Positions 1-12,894 of a DNA stretch of 64,000 nucleotides are shown piece after piece; positions within the stretch are counted from its first letter, which is position 1, and each line of letters begins with the position of its first letter. Position numbers and translations under genes: made by a program. The notes below the pieces were generated by a model. It was given only the letters and a program-made list of their open reading frames with translations, was not told the origin of the DNA and did no database searches. This DNA is from Chiloscyllium plagiosum (lineage: Eukaryota), in assembly GCF_004010195.1 (NCBI RefSeq), contig NC_057742.1:27420076-27484075 (forward strand), given 5' to 3'.

Positions 1-84
1 GCTGCATGTTCACCTACCTTATTTCGTATACTTCTTGCATTGAAGTATACACACTTCAAGCCACTTTCGTGTTTACAGGCACCC

Positions 85-330
85 TCCTTTGAAATTGATG
101 CCATGTTCCTAACCTCCCTACACTCCAGGTCCTGCACCCTAAAGCTACAGTCTGGGTTCCCATGCCCCTGCAGAGTTAGTTTAAACCCCCCCCAAGAGCA
201 CTAGCAAACCTCCCACCAAGGATACTGGTGCCCCTCTGGTTCAGGTGCAGACCATCCTGTTTATAGAGTTCCCACCTTCCCCAGAAAGGACCCCAGTTAT
301 CCAAATACCGGAATCCCTCCCTCCTGCACC
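85..330 (-). mobile_element. CR1 LINE fragment: ORF1 esterase (SGNH) C-terminus and inter-ORF region
   Basis: Minus strand translates CRREGFRYLDNWGPFWGRWELYKQDGLHLNQRGTSILGGRFASALGGGLN*; DGLHLNxxG is the SGNH block V motif of CR1 ORF1. Confidence 0.85.
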
Positions 331-337
331 TATTCAA

Positions 338-642
338 CTGTGTAATACTGAGAGGGTGCTACATTGCCAGAGGTGCCACCTCTTCATTGAGGCATTGATC
401 TAAACCTCTGGGTTGCCTTTCATGTGAATGTAAATGATTTTAAAGAATAACCACAAAGATGAACAGAGGGGTTATCACCAATGTCCCAGTCAATACTTAT
501 CTCAAAATCAACCCCACTAAAGCCAAACTATCATCATCGCATTGCAGTTTTGTATTGCTGGATAGTGTCTATCTGGCTGGAAAGAACCTTTGGATGTTCT
601 GGGCTCATGAAAGGCGCTGTGTAAATGCAAGTGTTTCTTTCA
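338..642 (+). mobile_element. Decayed Deu-domain SINE (SacSINE1/AmnSINE1-like)
   Basis: Blocks tactgagagggtgctacattgccagaggtgcc, gtcccagtcaatacttatc and tail tgaaaggcgctgtgtaaatgcaagtgtttctttc resemble the DeuSINE consensus as I recall it. Confidence 0.65.
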
Positions 643-2522
643 GAAAAGAAAAAGTATTTGACCATTTGGTGAATGTAGGCTGGCATCACTGAGTGCATCA
701 CTGAGATTCTCATTCAATTTACAACAGGCTGCTGCTACCTGCAAAATGCTGAAAAAAACTCTGGCACCAGAAAATCAGGTTCAAAGTTCATCTATTGAGA
801 TTATCATGTTAACTTTAAAGCTGGAAATGTCCATAAAGAAGAAAGGTTATCCACTTGTTAAAAGATGTGTTAATGGAATGTACTTACAAAACTACTCCTG
901 TTTTTCTTTATCAGGATTTATTATTCATCAAGCAACATTCTACAGCAAGTTATGCTTTTAGCTTCACTTCAAAATATCAATGAAACAATCATGTTATAAG
1001 ATGTAGTTTTATTTCACGTCTAAGTATATTTAAAGCATTGTAGGGTGTTGGATAAATGCTCAGGTATTGTGAAGGGGCAAAGACTCAATAGGTACCGAGC
1101 AATTGACATTGCAAATTAACTTTGATTTCTTGGAAGCACTTCATAAATCATGCAATCCAATTATTCTAAACACCCCATACCTAAGCAGTGAATTCTTCTG
1201 ACCTTTCACCTCGAACGTCAGAATAGCATTTCCTCTTGATGCCAGCACTTTGTTGATTTTTAGACAAACAGTCAGACATGTTTATTTGTTTAGACTTAAC
1301 AAATTAAATTATCTAAAGTCTCAAGTTCTGAATTGGTTCCAGACAAACATTGTAATTTTTACAGATGTGCACACCACACGGTCAAAACTGGATCCCTGCT
1401 GCTGCCACTTAATCATTGGAGAACTGAATCATGCACTCTCACTGGAATGTGGGGCTACTGGAATTCCCCAGGAACCAAAACAACATCTTCTTTGCGATTG
1501 CACTGATGCTATTCAGTAAGTTTCAATATGCAGAGTAATTGGTGCAAAGGAACTACCAATCTGTATTTTGGGGCCCTAGCATAAGGATTTTGATCATGAA
1601 AACTTGAAAAATGGTCTTCTTTTGCATGTTGTTTCCAGTTGCAATGGATTTATTTACAATATTTCCTTTCCAGTGTTGCTGCTGCCATATTCTCCTCTCA
1701 ATAGGCTCCACAAAAAGGTGTCAAGGCACTTAAGTTGATGAGTTAGCCACAGATGTAACATTCAGTTTTAACACTAAACCTCAGCATTCTTCTAGGAACC
1801 TTAGCAATGGGCTTTGATGACCTTTGAGGTGTGAATCTCAAATTGCAATGTCTAATAGCAGTCATAATAATACATGTCTTGGTTTCACTGTGCCTCAGAG
1901 AATGAAATTTCATAGCAATCCATTATATATCAAAGGGATGTTTCACAGGCTGTGTAACAATGAGACGTAATGCACAAGAGTGGAAAATCTGTGTAAAATT
2001 AATCCTAGATTTATGCCTCAGTTTCCTTATTCAGATTGAATTAATCCTGTGTTGTCCCACCTAATTAAAAAACAGTTGATAATGTGGTAGAATTATATGT
2101 AATGTGTGCCTTTTGAGGAATAAACTAGGGTCTTTAAAACTAATAGTTTTTTTTGCCAGAGGCAGGTTGGGCAGCATTACCAGAGGAGGCAATTATGTTG
2201 AAATCTTTAAATTTATCATTGTTTATGTCTTTCATTTATTAATAATGGGGAAGAGCCATCTTCTGCTACAGCTCAGCAAGTTAAGACTCTGAATAACTGA
2301 GCTATACGAAGTAAGAAGGGCTTAGTGTTAGAGCCAAGATGGGAGAAGTTCACACTTTCTTTCTTGTCACAACATAAATTCAGAGTCACAACATAAATTT
2401 AATTATTTTACCCAGTTCCAAATATAGCTAATCATATGCCTATATCAGTCTTACAATAAAAAGACCCATTGACCAGGTTTCTTTAATAATTGCAAAATTT
2501 TTCATATATTATGAAACAAAAG

Positions 2523-2845
2523 AGGTGGCACGGTGGCACAGTGGTTAGCACTGCTGCCTCACAGTGCCAGAGACCTGGGTTCAATTCCTGCCTCAGGCTA
2601 CTGTCTGTGTGGAGTTTGCACATTCTCCCCGTGTCTGCGTGGGTTTCCTCCGGGTGCTCCGGTTTCCTCCCACAGTCCAAAGATGTGCAGGTTAGGTGAA
2701 TTGGCCATGCAAAATTGTCCATTGTGTTAGGTGAAAGGGTAAATGTAGGGGAATGGGTCTGGCTGAGTTGCTCTTCAGCGGGTCGGTGTGGACTTGGTGG
2801 GCCGAAGGGCCTGTTTCCACACTGTACGGAATCTAATCTAATCTA
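2523..2845 (+). mobile_element. HE1-type tRNA-derived SINE, full length
   Basis: A box tggcacagtggtt, B box gggttcaattcc, conserved core gtgtggagtttgcacattctccccgtgtctgcgtgggtttcc, CR1-like tail gggcctgtttccacactgta and (aatct)n. Confidence 0.95.
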
Positions 2846-3193
2846 AAAAAAAACTTAGTCAGCAAAGAACAGAATTGGCGAACACGCACAATTTATAATA
2901 TGAGAATAATACGGTTATTTCTCTAAGTAGCCTAAAACACACACACACCAGCTAAAGAGGGAAAGGATAGATTCCTCTCTACAGACATTTTTAAAAACAC
3001 CTTTAACTAGCAATAATTAGTTTTTGAGAGAAAGGAAAAGGACAAGGTCTGGAGCTCCTAAACTGAGTTGCCAGAAAACATTTATTTTCTTTGAGCCGAT
3101 TGAAAAACTTTTTAAACATTTCACTTTGGGAAACATTAAACATTGCTTTCTCCCTAATTGTTGGAAGTAAAGATGAACCATCGCCTTGTGACT

Positions 3194-3302
3194 TCACTCA
3201 AAATTCACTGGTAAACCATCAATGGTGCTGATTTTCAAAACTGGTCCAGTGTTCCTTGTCATTGTTATATGTGGATTACGAAAATCTCCTTCACTTGAAA
3301 TC
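3194..3302 (-). CDS. Candidate terminal coding exon of an unidentified host gene
   Basis: Acceptor acagtttaatttctgtag|G, then ISSEGDFRNPHITMTRNTGPVLKISTIDGLPVNFE*. Followed by about 2.5 kb of AT-rich, repeat-poor sequence with several minus-strand AATAAA. No homolog recognised. Confidence 0.4.
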
Positions 3303-3909
3303 CTACAGAAATTAAACTGTGTTAAGTGATCATTTCCAAACTTCAATCGGTTCTTTTCTAACCAAATCTAATGTTTATAGAATTCAGTATCACTTGACAT
3401 AGCATCTTACACTGAATCTAACATGTATTTGGCAAAGTGTGAATTGAGTCTAGTTTTTTGTGGGCATTTTCTTTGCTGGAAAGCTGAGAGAGATTTCACA
3501 GCTCAGTAACCACCTAGCCTGCCTTTATGGCATCTGTTACATCCAGTTATGGGCCTATCTTACCCTGTGCTCTTCTCAGAACAATGAATATTGGCCAAAA
3601 CACCAGTAGCCTTTGCACCCATGGCATCTTCAAAAGGCCGCTGTGCACCCTGACAAGCATTGGCAATCTTGTGTTGCCCTTTTCTGGCAACATGATGACA
3701 TGGTAATCACTTGCCCATGGCACATAGCCATTCTCTCACCCTAGTTGCTGTTAAACCACCACGGTACACAGGTTGCCTCTCATCAAGCAGAGGCAGTAAA
3801 AAGCATCGATGTGGGAAATGTAGTTTTCATATTGGTCCAAAAGAAGAAATTCTTTCCACATTGCAATTCAGAGACAATGTTAGGGCTAAATGGAGGAGAC
3901 ATCTTCTGT

Positions 3910-4640
3910 AATATAGAAGTATGGAAGATAGGAGCAGGAGGAGGCCATTTGGCCCACTCTGCTGTTCATCACAATCATAGCTGATTGTCCAACCCAATAG
4001 CCTAATCCTACTTGCTTCCCATAACCTTTAATCCCATTCATCCCAAGTGCTATATCTAGCTGCCTCTTGAATATTTTGGCATCAATTACTTCCTATAGTA
4101 ATAAATTCCACAGGCTCACCACTCTTTGGGTCAAGAAATGTTTACTATCTCCATCCTAAATGGTCCACCCCAAATCTTCAGACTGTGACCCCTGGTTCTG
4201 GATGCACCCATAATTGGGAACATCCTCCGTGCATCTACACTGTCTAATCCTTTTAGAATTTTATAAGTCTCTATGAGATCCCCCTTTATTTATCTGAACT
4301 CCAGACAAAACATTCCTAACCTGATCAATCTCTCCTCACAGTCAGTCCCACCATCCCTAGAATCAGTCTGGTAAACCTTCGCTCAAGACCAAAAACATCC
4401 TTCCTCAGAAAAGGACACCAAAACTGCACACAATGTTCTCGGTGTCACCTCACCAAGGCCCTGTATAACTGCAACAACACATCCCTGCTCCCGTACTCGA
4501 AACCTCTCACAACAAAAACCAACATACCATTTGCCTTCTTTACCACCTGCTGCACCTACATGCTTACCTTCAGCAACTGGTGCACAAGGACACCCAGGTC
4601 CTACTGCACACTCCCCTCTCCCAATTTACACCCATTCAGG
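3910..4640 (-). mobile_element. CR1 LINE 3' fragment
   Basis: Tail ataggagcaggaggaggccatttggccc plus ORF2 C-terminal blocks (ccaaaactgcacacaatgttc, ctcaccaaggccctgtataactgc). Confidence 0.9.
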
Positions 4641-5585
4641 TATGGCTATGCTAATTGGCTATGCTATATCTAATTTGAATGCGCTCTGAATAATTTATCC
4701 CTTGTGGAAAGTCTTTCACAGTTCATTCCTGATAGGTGGAAAAAGGAAGATATTATCAAAATATGTTAAACATATCTAAGATTCTAAGTATGGAATCTTA
4801 AATAATGTTTCATGGTGGAATTACTTTGAACACTGCCATTTGACAACCAACATAAGCACACAAAGGGTCAAATGTTAAGGTCATTATATTGAAAGTTGCT
4901 TGTCACTTACTTTCTGTCAAGGGATAAGAATTATAATTTACTTTTTATTAAGGATGAGGGGGGATGTTTAACTACTTAGGCTGAAATGCTTTTAGGTCAT
5001 CACTAATATTTCTGTCAAAAACTAAATACTTCCACTTATTTAATAATATAATAGGGACAAAATGCATCAGAACTCTCCAGTGACTAGTGTTACTCACATG
5101 AAATGTATGTAATTTTATAGCTGTTAAGTGATAAAAATGGAGGCAGATCATGCAGTTTTATAATGAATGACATTTTTATATTCAAACTGCTTCAATGTCA
5201 CAGTGCCAGTCTGTTTTTACTCAGATAGCCAATTACACATAGCATAAGTCAGTTACCAAAGAAACACTATATTCATGTATATAAAAACAATTGAAGTCTA
5301 AAATCATTTTGAAAAGGGATAAATTGTGCCGTATGCTGCTAAAGTAACTAATTGGACAACTGTTTTCAACGGTATTTTGCATTTAACAGAGTGGATGTGA
5401 GCTAGCATTTTGCCATTACTGTATTAATAGACTCTGTGATGGATGAAGAAATGAAGACAACCAGATTTATGGGGAAAGAAAATCATAGTGATTCAAAAAT
5501 AAAGGGAGAGTCTTCTTGCCCGAGAAGTGCCAAATGGCAAAAGACTTTGGGCAAACTGCTGTCTTCTTGTTGGAGAGAATATTGA

Positions 5586-6872
5586 CACAGCACCACATAC
5601 TATCACCATCCCCTCAGTACGACACACCATTACCATTCAATCAGTACCACACACCATTACCATTCCCTCAATGCCATACACCAACACCATCCCCTCAACA
5701 CCACATACCATTACCATTCCTTCAATATCACACTCTACCACCAACCCCTCAACACTACACACCATTACCATCCCCTCAACACCACACACCATTACCATCC
5801 CCTCAACATCACACACCATCACTATCCCCTCAAAACCACACACCAGTACAATTCCCTCAATTACCACACCCCAATACCATTCCCTCAATACCACACACCA
5901 TTATCATCCCCTCAAAACCACACACCATCACCATCTGCTCAACAACACNNNNNNNNNNNNNNNNNNNNNNNNNNNNNNNNNNNNNNNNNNNNNNNNNNNN
6001 NNNNNNNNNNNNNNNNNNNNNNNNNNNNNNNNNNNNNNNNNNNNNNNNNNNNNNNNNNNNNNNNNNNNNNNNNNNNNNNNNNNNNNNNNNNNNNNNNNNN
6101 NNNNNNNNNNNNNNNNNNNNNNNNNNNNNNNNNNNNNNNNNNNNNNNNNNNNNNNNNNNNNNNNNNNNNNNNNNNNNNNNNNNNNNNNNNNNNNNNNNNN
6201 NNNNNNNNNNNNNNNNNNNNNNNNNNNNNNNNNNNNNNNNNNNNNNNNNNNNNNNNNNNNNNNNNNNNNNNNNNNNNNNNNNNNNNNNNNNNNNNNNNNN
6301 NNNNNNNNNNNNNNNNNNNNNNNNNNNNNNNNNNNNNNNNNNNNNNNNNNNNNNNNNNNNNNNNNNNNNNNNNNNNNNNNNNNNNNNNNNNNNNNNNNNN
6401 NNNNNNNNNNNNNNNNNNNNNNNNNNNNNNNNNNNNNNNNNNNNNNNNNNNNNNNNNNNNNNNNNNNNNNNNNNNNNNNNNNNNNNNNNNNNNNNNNNNN
6501 NNNNNNNNNNNNNNNNNNNNNNNNNNNNNNACACACAATTACCATCCCCTCAGCACCACACACCATTGCCATCCCCTCAACACCACTCACCATTACCATT
6601 CTCTCAATACCACACACCATCATCATCCCCTCAATACCACACAGCATTAGCATTCCCTCAATACCACACACCATTAACATTCCCTCAACGCCACACACTA
6701 TATCCATCCCCTCAGCACCGCACACCATTACCATTCCCTCAATACCACACACCATTACCATTCCCTCAGTACCACACACCATTACCATCTCCTCAACACT
6801 ACACACTGTTACCATCCCCTCAGCTCTGTACACCATTACCATTCCCTTAGCACCACACACCATTACCAACCC
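5586..6872. repeat. 27-bp minisatellite (cacacaccattaccatcccctcaacac) spanning an N gap at 5949-6530
   Basis: The same 27-nt unit is visible on both sides of the gap and explains the 9-aa periodic ORFs (SPQHHTPLP / GMVMVCGVE). Confidence 0.95.
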
Positions 6873-7367
6873 CGCAGCACATCATTGCCACGTTAAAATA
6901 ATGAAAAGTAAACATTCTCATGACTAGCATTCGAATCTTTGGTCTGTCAGTGCTCCTGTACAGAAAGCATCCTGCAGATTAACCCTTCACTATTTCAATC
7001 CTTTGAGTCTCTTGAGCTTGTTATCAAAAACATAGTTTGTGGCATGACTCAGTAGTTATCTCAGTAATCCTGAAGCTAAATGTTTTGCTTCAGGCTTCCT
7101 CTAATCGCGACATTAGGATTCTGACACATCAATTGGAAGGCTATTCTATAAAAATTGCAACTCAGTTGTTTGTCTCCAACTTATTAATTTATTTATCTTG
7201 GGATTAGTTACAGTGATTCGGTGCATTGGACGTAGGGTGACAATTAGTCAATTTTACGAATGGAAGTTAACAGATAAGGATGATATGCTAATATTTAATA
7301 ACATAATGCCACAACTGCCCTGTTGACCTTGCAAAATCCTTCTTACTAATATTTGGAGACAATGCCA

Positions 7368-7525
7368 AAATTGGAATCCTGGAATTCTCTCCCTCAAGAC
7401 ATTGTGGGTCTATGTACTGCAGCAGTTCAGAAAGGTAGCTCACCACCACCTTCTCAAGGGCAACTAGGGATGGGCAATAAATGCTGAGCAGCCAGCGATG
7501 CTCACGTCCCATGAATGAATTTCAA
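7368..7525 (+). mobile_element. 3' tail of a second APE/RT LINE family (here called family B)
   Basis: gctcaccaccaccttctcaagggcaactagggatgggcaataaatgctg; reverse complement of the tails near 16580, 32320 and 34510. Confidence 0.8.
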
Positions 7526-8892
7526 AAAATATTTTATATATTTTCCTTCTGTCAGGTGTGTCATTGCTAACATGAATATTATCATTGCAATATTTTGATG
7601 ATTTGTTACAACCTGCAAACCTTTTACTTTAATACATCATTTCAGATTCAGTGCACGATATGAAAGACACTCCAGGAAAGTCTTACTCATACATAAAACA
7701 AAACATTTACTAAAATCAATGCTGCCAACTGATGTACAAATCTGCGATTGAGATTACATTAGCTGTCATTTAGAATTTAGAAGGTTGTGCTGATATCACA
7801 ATGGTGGGAGAAGGCTCAGGGAGATTCCAATGACTGACATTGACCACTTGAACTCAATGGTTTATTTCTGTGCTGTAAATCTAACTTAATTCCATTGGGC
7901 AAGCAGAACACAGTGCCAAACAGCCCTAACATCAGCCCAGTCCTGCCAATAATTTCAAGGACAGTTGTGTTTAAATCATATTCAGTGAGGTTAATATATA
8001 CTTTTATAGAATAGCACTAACTGCAATTTAAATGCAATTTTTATTTCAGTTTTGTAAGTGGGATTGTCAAGTCATGAAAATATTTGTGGGTCCAATCTAG
8101 CATTGCAAACTCAGTACTGATCTATGCTGTGTTTTCAGTGTTATGTGACTGTAAAATTTTTATCTCTATTATTAATCCAACTAAAATGGTGTGATGCTAA
8201 ATGGTTGTCCTTGTAATGACAAATTACATGAGACCATGTAATGATGGATCAAATGCTCACCTTCACAGATCTTGTGTCATTATTGAAGACTGGTACGATT
8301 ACTTTAGCACCTCTCATTTTAATATTATAGAGAGGAGTAAAAGAAAGGGAGTGCCTGTCAAAGGTCATTCCAAGGTTATGAGCTATAGATCACTAATTCA
8401 AGCAAAATAAAGTCTGTCATTATCAGTTTGTGGCCCAATTATTCTTTCCATGTCTTGATCATGTGGGTTGAAATACGGGACAAACATGCTTTTTCCAAGA
8501 TTAACTGTATGGAGTTCAAAGATCAGAATGTCCAGCATGATGTTATGGGACTGCAATACAATTAAGAAATGAAAGATGAAGTTGAGTGACTTATTGATAT
8601 CTCTAATCTCATTATTTATGGAGAAGGGTAGATAAGTGGGTAATGTGTTGTATGGTTTCACATGCCACTGATTCTCAACACTGTTGTCGACAGTAATTCA
8701 GGTATCTTCACATAATGTAATCTCAAGGCACTTTCAATGATCTATCCTCTCCTGGAATAGTCCAGAACACATCCCTATTAATGAATTATATATTCCAATA
8801 AAGCACAGGTTGAAGCCCAGAACTTTTGATCTTTGCAGAAATCTTATATCCTTTAGTACTCATATAATCGAGACAATTTGCCTCAAAGTTAG

Positions 8893-9092
8893 TCTAGAGG
8901 ATAGTTCAGTGGGTTGGACAGTTAGTTTGCGAAGCAGTGTGATGCAAATTCCCACACCTGCTGAGGTTACCATGAAGGAATCTCCTTCTCAATCTCTCTC
9001 CCCTTGCCTGAGATGTGGTGGCCTCCAGGTTAAATCATCTCTCTCTAATGAGAAAACAGCCCTATGGCCTGGTAAGACTATGGTGACTTGGT
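8893..9092 (+). mobile_element. Decayed tRNA-type SINE, non-HE1 family
   Basis: Shares gttaccatgaaggaatctccttctcaatctctctccccttgcctgag with the copy at 62030-62215. Confidence 0.6.
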
Positions 9093-9352
9093 TACGAACT
9101 TGGAGGAGTTCAGTTAAATACAGATTCCAGTTTAATTAATTTAAATTTATAGTTATTAATTTATATCAATAAACTGTATAGAAATTAAACTCATATAAAA
9201 GAGATCAGATTTAAAGATAATGACAGTGGTAGCTATACTTGGTTATAGTGAGTGCAATACATCACTGTGAGGGGTATTTAAAGCTTTCTGCCATTTTCAG
9301 AGCCCAGGCGAGGGATATAATTCATCACGGTTCCAAAAGGGATGCTCCAAAC

Positions 9353-10261
9353 TGTTATGTTCCCGGGTGAGCTATCTCCCTTCTCTATTCACTCATCCCT
9401 TCAGCACGTTGCAATGGGATTAACTTAAAATGGATTCCTTTCAAACCAGATGAAATTATTTTTTTAAAAGGAACCAATTTAACCAGGTTTACTTAAATTA
9501 ATGAAAAGGACAAGTTTATTAGTTACTGCATGCCAGATTAAATACTAACAGAACACACGTACGCACAAATGTAAAATAAGAAGTGAGACCAAAAACCTGA
9601 ATTTTTTTTTAAAAGGCTATACAGTTCAATCTCTGAATTGTTTGTAAAGAACAATAAGACAACATTGCAGTCGTCATTGGGTTGCACTGGTAGTGTTGAC
9701 ATTGGCAGCTGAACAGATGATTTCCCAGGTTCTTGGTTTTGTGGGCTGTGGCTTTGTCTTGACTCCTTTTTAACTGGCTTGCAGCACTTAGCATGAAGGA
9801 AGGTTTTCCTTTACCTGAAACACAGGGTAGTTCTTTGACTGTGACAGTCACAACACACCAAACCATAAACTCATGATGGTAGACATGAAATCATTGAGTC
9901 CCACTAACCTACTCCAGTAGTGTTGAAACTGTGTTTTGTAACATCTGTCCTTGTGCATCCTTCAAAGCAAAAAAATGTGTAAGAGGTGTCTGCAATGTGG
10001 GATGTAATCCACAGATGGTGGCAGCTGTTGAACAGACGGCCATCGGCCTCTCGTTATCATTGTAGACACAAGAGATCACAGTCCAGACTGTTTGAAGTTT
10101 ATTTGATTTTTTAAGTACATACTTTACATATTACCAGACAGCCACTTAATTTACTTCCACAGGCACTTATGGATGCATCAGCCCTCTTCTTAAAAGCATA
10201 GTTTGGAATTACAAGTTAAAAATGTAAACAACATTCAGGGTTCAGCCATGTTGTCGTAACA
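9353..10261. mobile_element. Solo-LTR-like segment
   Basis: Inverted termini TGTTATG...CGTAACA, 909 bp, minus-strand AATAAA near 9515. No TSD seen. Confidence 0.4.
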
Positions 10262-11605
10262 TTTCTCACTCACATATTTGATTTGGTTTCACTATGTTTT
10301 AGTTATTCTGTTTTTTTTCCAACCTGGAGACCAATTCCTTTTGAAACTTAAAAGGAATGGTTGTGTATTGAAGTTGTTGGACTCAATGGTGAATTCTAGA
10401 CAGATACAAACTAACATGTTAATAAGTTACAGTCACTTCTAGATTGAGTCATCTACCATGTTGAATTGTGCTCACTTCCCGAAAAAAGCTTTCTTGCTTT
10501 AATGAACACGGTCATTTTTTTGGAAATCAAAGAAAGAGCATCTTGTTGGAGTGAGACATGTTGGAGCCAGGAAACCAGTTTAGATCTTAACTTACCTTCC
10601 TTTTAAATTTATACAGTGCACTATTCAAGTTGTACTTATTTATACACAAATAGTTCCACCTCTTATCCATCTTAATGTAACACAACATGGAATCTGTCCC
10701 AAACTGAATAATGGATTGTTGGTGCTGCAGACCAAGAATATGCATTTTGTGTTCTGCCTGCTTTTTAAGTCTCCTACTATTTGATATTGTAGTGATTTTT
10801 TCAACATCTCTGATCACTGTTTCACACACTTCAATATTGTTGAAATATTGTTTTAGATTGAATGGACTATTTATTGCGCTGATTCCAATCTTTAACTACT
10901 ATAAAAACACTGGGGAAAACAGTTTCCAAGCTTTATATCTATGAAAAACCTTGACGTACTTTAGTCACCGTTGAGCAGTGTGATCGGTAATCACCGCAAA
11001 TTCCCAGTTCATGATGGTCGCAGTTAGCAAGTTTTGACAGTTAATAATGAGGAGGCTTCGTTGCCAACAGTTATATAGGCAACATATGTTACACAAGGAT
11101 TGTGAAAGATAGGTCTTCTTTAATTAAATAGTTTTGCTGCACAATATGTACACGAGCATCAACAGTAATTATTTTTCTCCAGCCTTTGCTGGAGGTTGTT
11201 CAACCTTCAGGAAAGTGACAACCGAGTGACATTGCTGGCATTGATGTGTTTTTTTTTCGCTGTGTCGCTCCCTGAGTTGTCAGTATGAAGGTTCTCAGCA
11301 AAGCTGCAGGAGTGCTCATCCACAGATATAGAAGTATAAAGGGATCTGAGGCAATACCAAGTCACACATGAGCTGCAGTCCATTTGTAGAATCATCAATC
11401 CTTCACGACTGTCTGGTGCAGGCATCTTCAAGCCTTAAAGGTCAATCTCACAAGTACCACAGCTCAGAAGAAAATGATCACCAGGCACCAGCAAAAATAA
11501 ATATTCTTTTGCTGATTTTTCTTTAAAACATTGATTTGTAATAAAAATAACAGATATCTGTAAATATCTGTTTGCCACAGTGGAGCATTTGAAGGCAGAA
11601 TCTTA

Positions 11606-11712
11606 CAGAAATAGAAAACAGAAGTAGGAGTAGGCCATTTGGCCCTTCGAACCTGCTCTGTTATTCAGTATGATCATGGCTGATCATCGAACTCAGTAAC
11701 CCTGTTCCTGCT
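11606..11712 (-). mobile_element. Short CR1 3' tail
   Basis: gtaggagtaggccatttggcccttcgaacctgctctgttattcagtatgatcatggctgatc, same tail type as 47087 and 63006. Confidence 0.85.
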
Positions 11713-12054
11713 ATAGAAACATGTCATGTGTTAAAACCTTCAAGGATATAGCATTTTACCTGTGGGTTACAAGGACAAGAGAGAGGGACTGATGAGGGTA
11801 AGGACACATTTGAAAGAAAGGAATGGCATAATGATTCATTCAGGGACAGCATACAGGAATCAACCATCAGCCCCCTCGATACGGCCGACGTAGATAACCA
11901 ACTTGAAATCTAACCCGATAGGTTAAACAGACCTCAGCCAACATAAGTGAGGATGAGGGACAACTGGCTGGAGATGAAACCAATATGGTAGCCATGTTAG
12001 TGGGACACAATAAAACAATCAACCAAATACTTAAAGGGAAATTAGAGAATTGAC

Positions 12055-12890
12055 CCTGTGTGTGGCATCTACTGCAATGGATGATCAAACAGTGGAGGGG
12101 GGCGTTGCGGCCTGGTTAATAGGGGAGAGGTTCCATCCTGCATTAATGACAGATCAAACATTTGTTTGGGGGAGAAATCATCCAAATATATCCAGCTGTC
12201 AATCATGGCAATTGACCAAGATGGTTTAATGATCGGAACTCCAGGGAAAGCCCTGGGGATGATGTTTGCAGTGATGGCAGATGGCAAAATTGGATTCTGG
12301 TTTTTGAGATAGAGAGTGCAGGCACCGTGTAGGAGGGAATTTGGATAGGATATGATGGCACCTTACCATGCATAGTGGATCAGGGCATACCCAGAAATGT
12401 TGCTGGTGTTGTCTACAGGGTCTGTGAGGTACAATTCTGTGATATAACCACATCAGGCTGTTGCTAGACTTGACAGTTCTCCCAGTTTTTGCAATAGCCC
12501 CGAATGTTAGGAAAGATCGATAGGATCAACAGCACTTGGTTAATAATTCTTATTTCTAATGGCTAAGTCATTGCCTGGGTGTCTATTCCTTTTTGTGACT
12601 TTTTAGAAATTTGATATAACTGAGTAACTCATTCGGCCATTTCAGAGGGTGACCAAGAGTCAACCACAACATCGTTGTGAGGCTGGAGTCTCATGTATGC
12701 CAGAAGTGCAGCAGATTTCCTTCCTTTGTTGAAATAGTGATGTTGTTAGTTTTTACAGCAATTAGCAAAAATTACATGATCATCACTGGACTTTTAATCC
12801 CAGATTTTCTTTTTTATTGCATTTGAATTCCATCATCTGCCATGGTGTGACTTGAACCTGGGTTCCCAGAGCATTACTCTGGATAACTAG
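12055..12890 (-). mobile_element. Decayed 5' region of LINE family B
   Basis: Blocks gctagacttgacagttctcccagtttttgc, ggccatttcagagggtgaccaagagtcaaccac and aattccatcatctgccatggtgtgacttgaacc; assignment to family B is from recall. Confidence 0.5.
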
Positions 12891-12894
12891 TTCA

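Noticed and set aside
2523-2600. tRNA gene
   Set aside because: The A/B boxes belong to a SINE head repeated many times in the window.
5516-6927. Long ORFs of 199-466 aa
   Set aside because: Produced by the 27-bp repeat and the N gap; open on both strands.
10596-10724. Minus-strand exon with a gtaagt donor
   Set aside because: The frame needed to join the 3302 exon has a stop, and the open frame resembles nothing I know.
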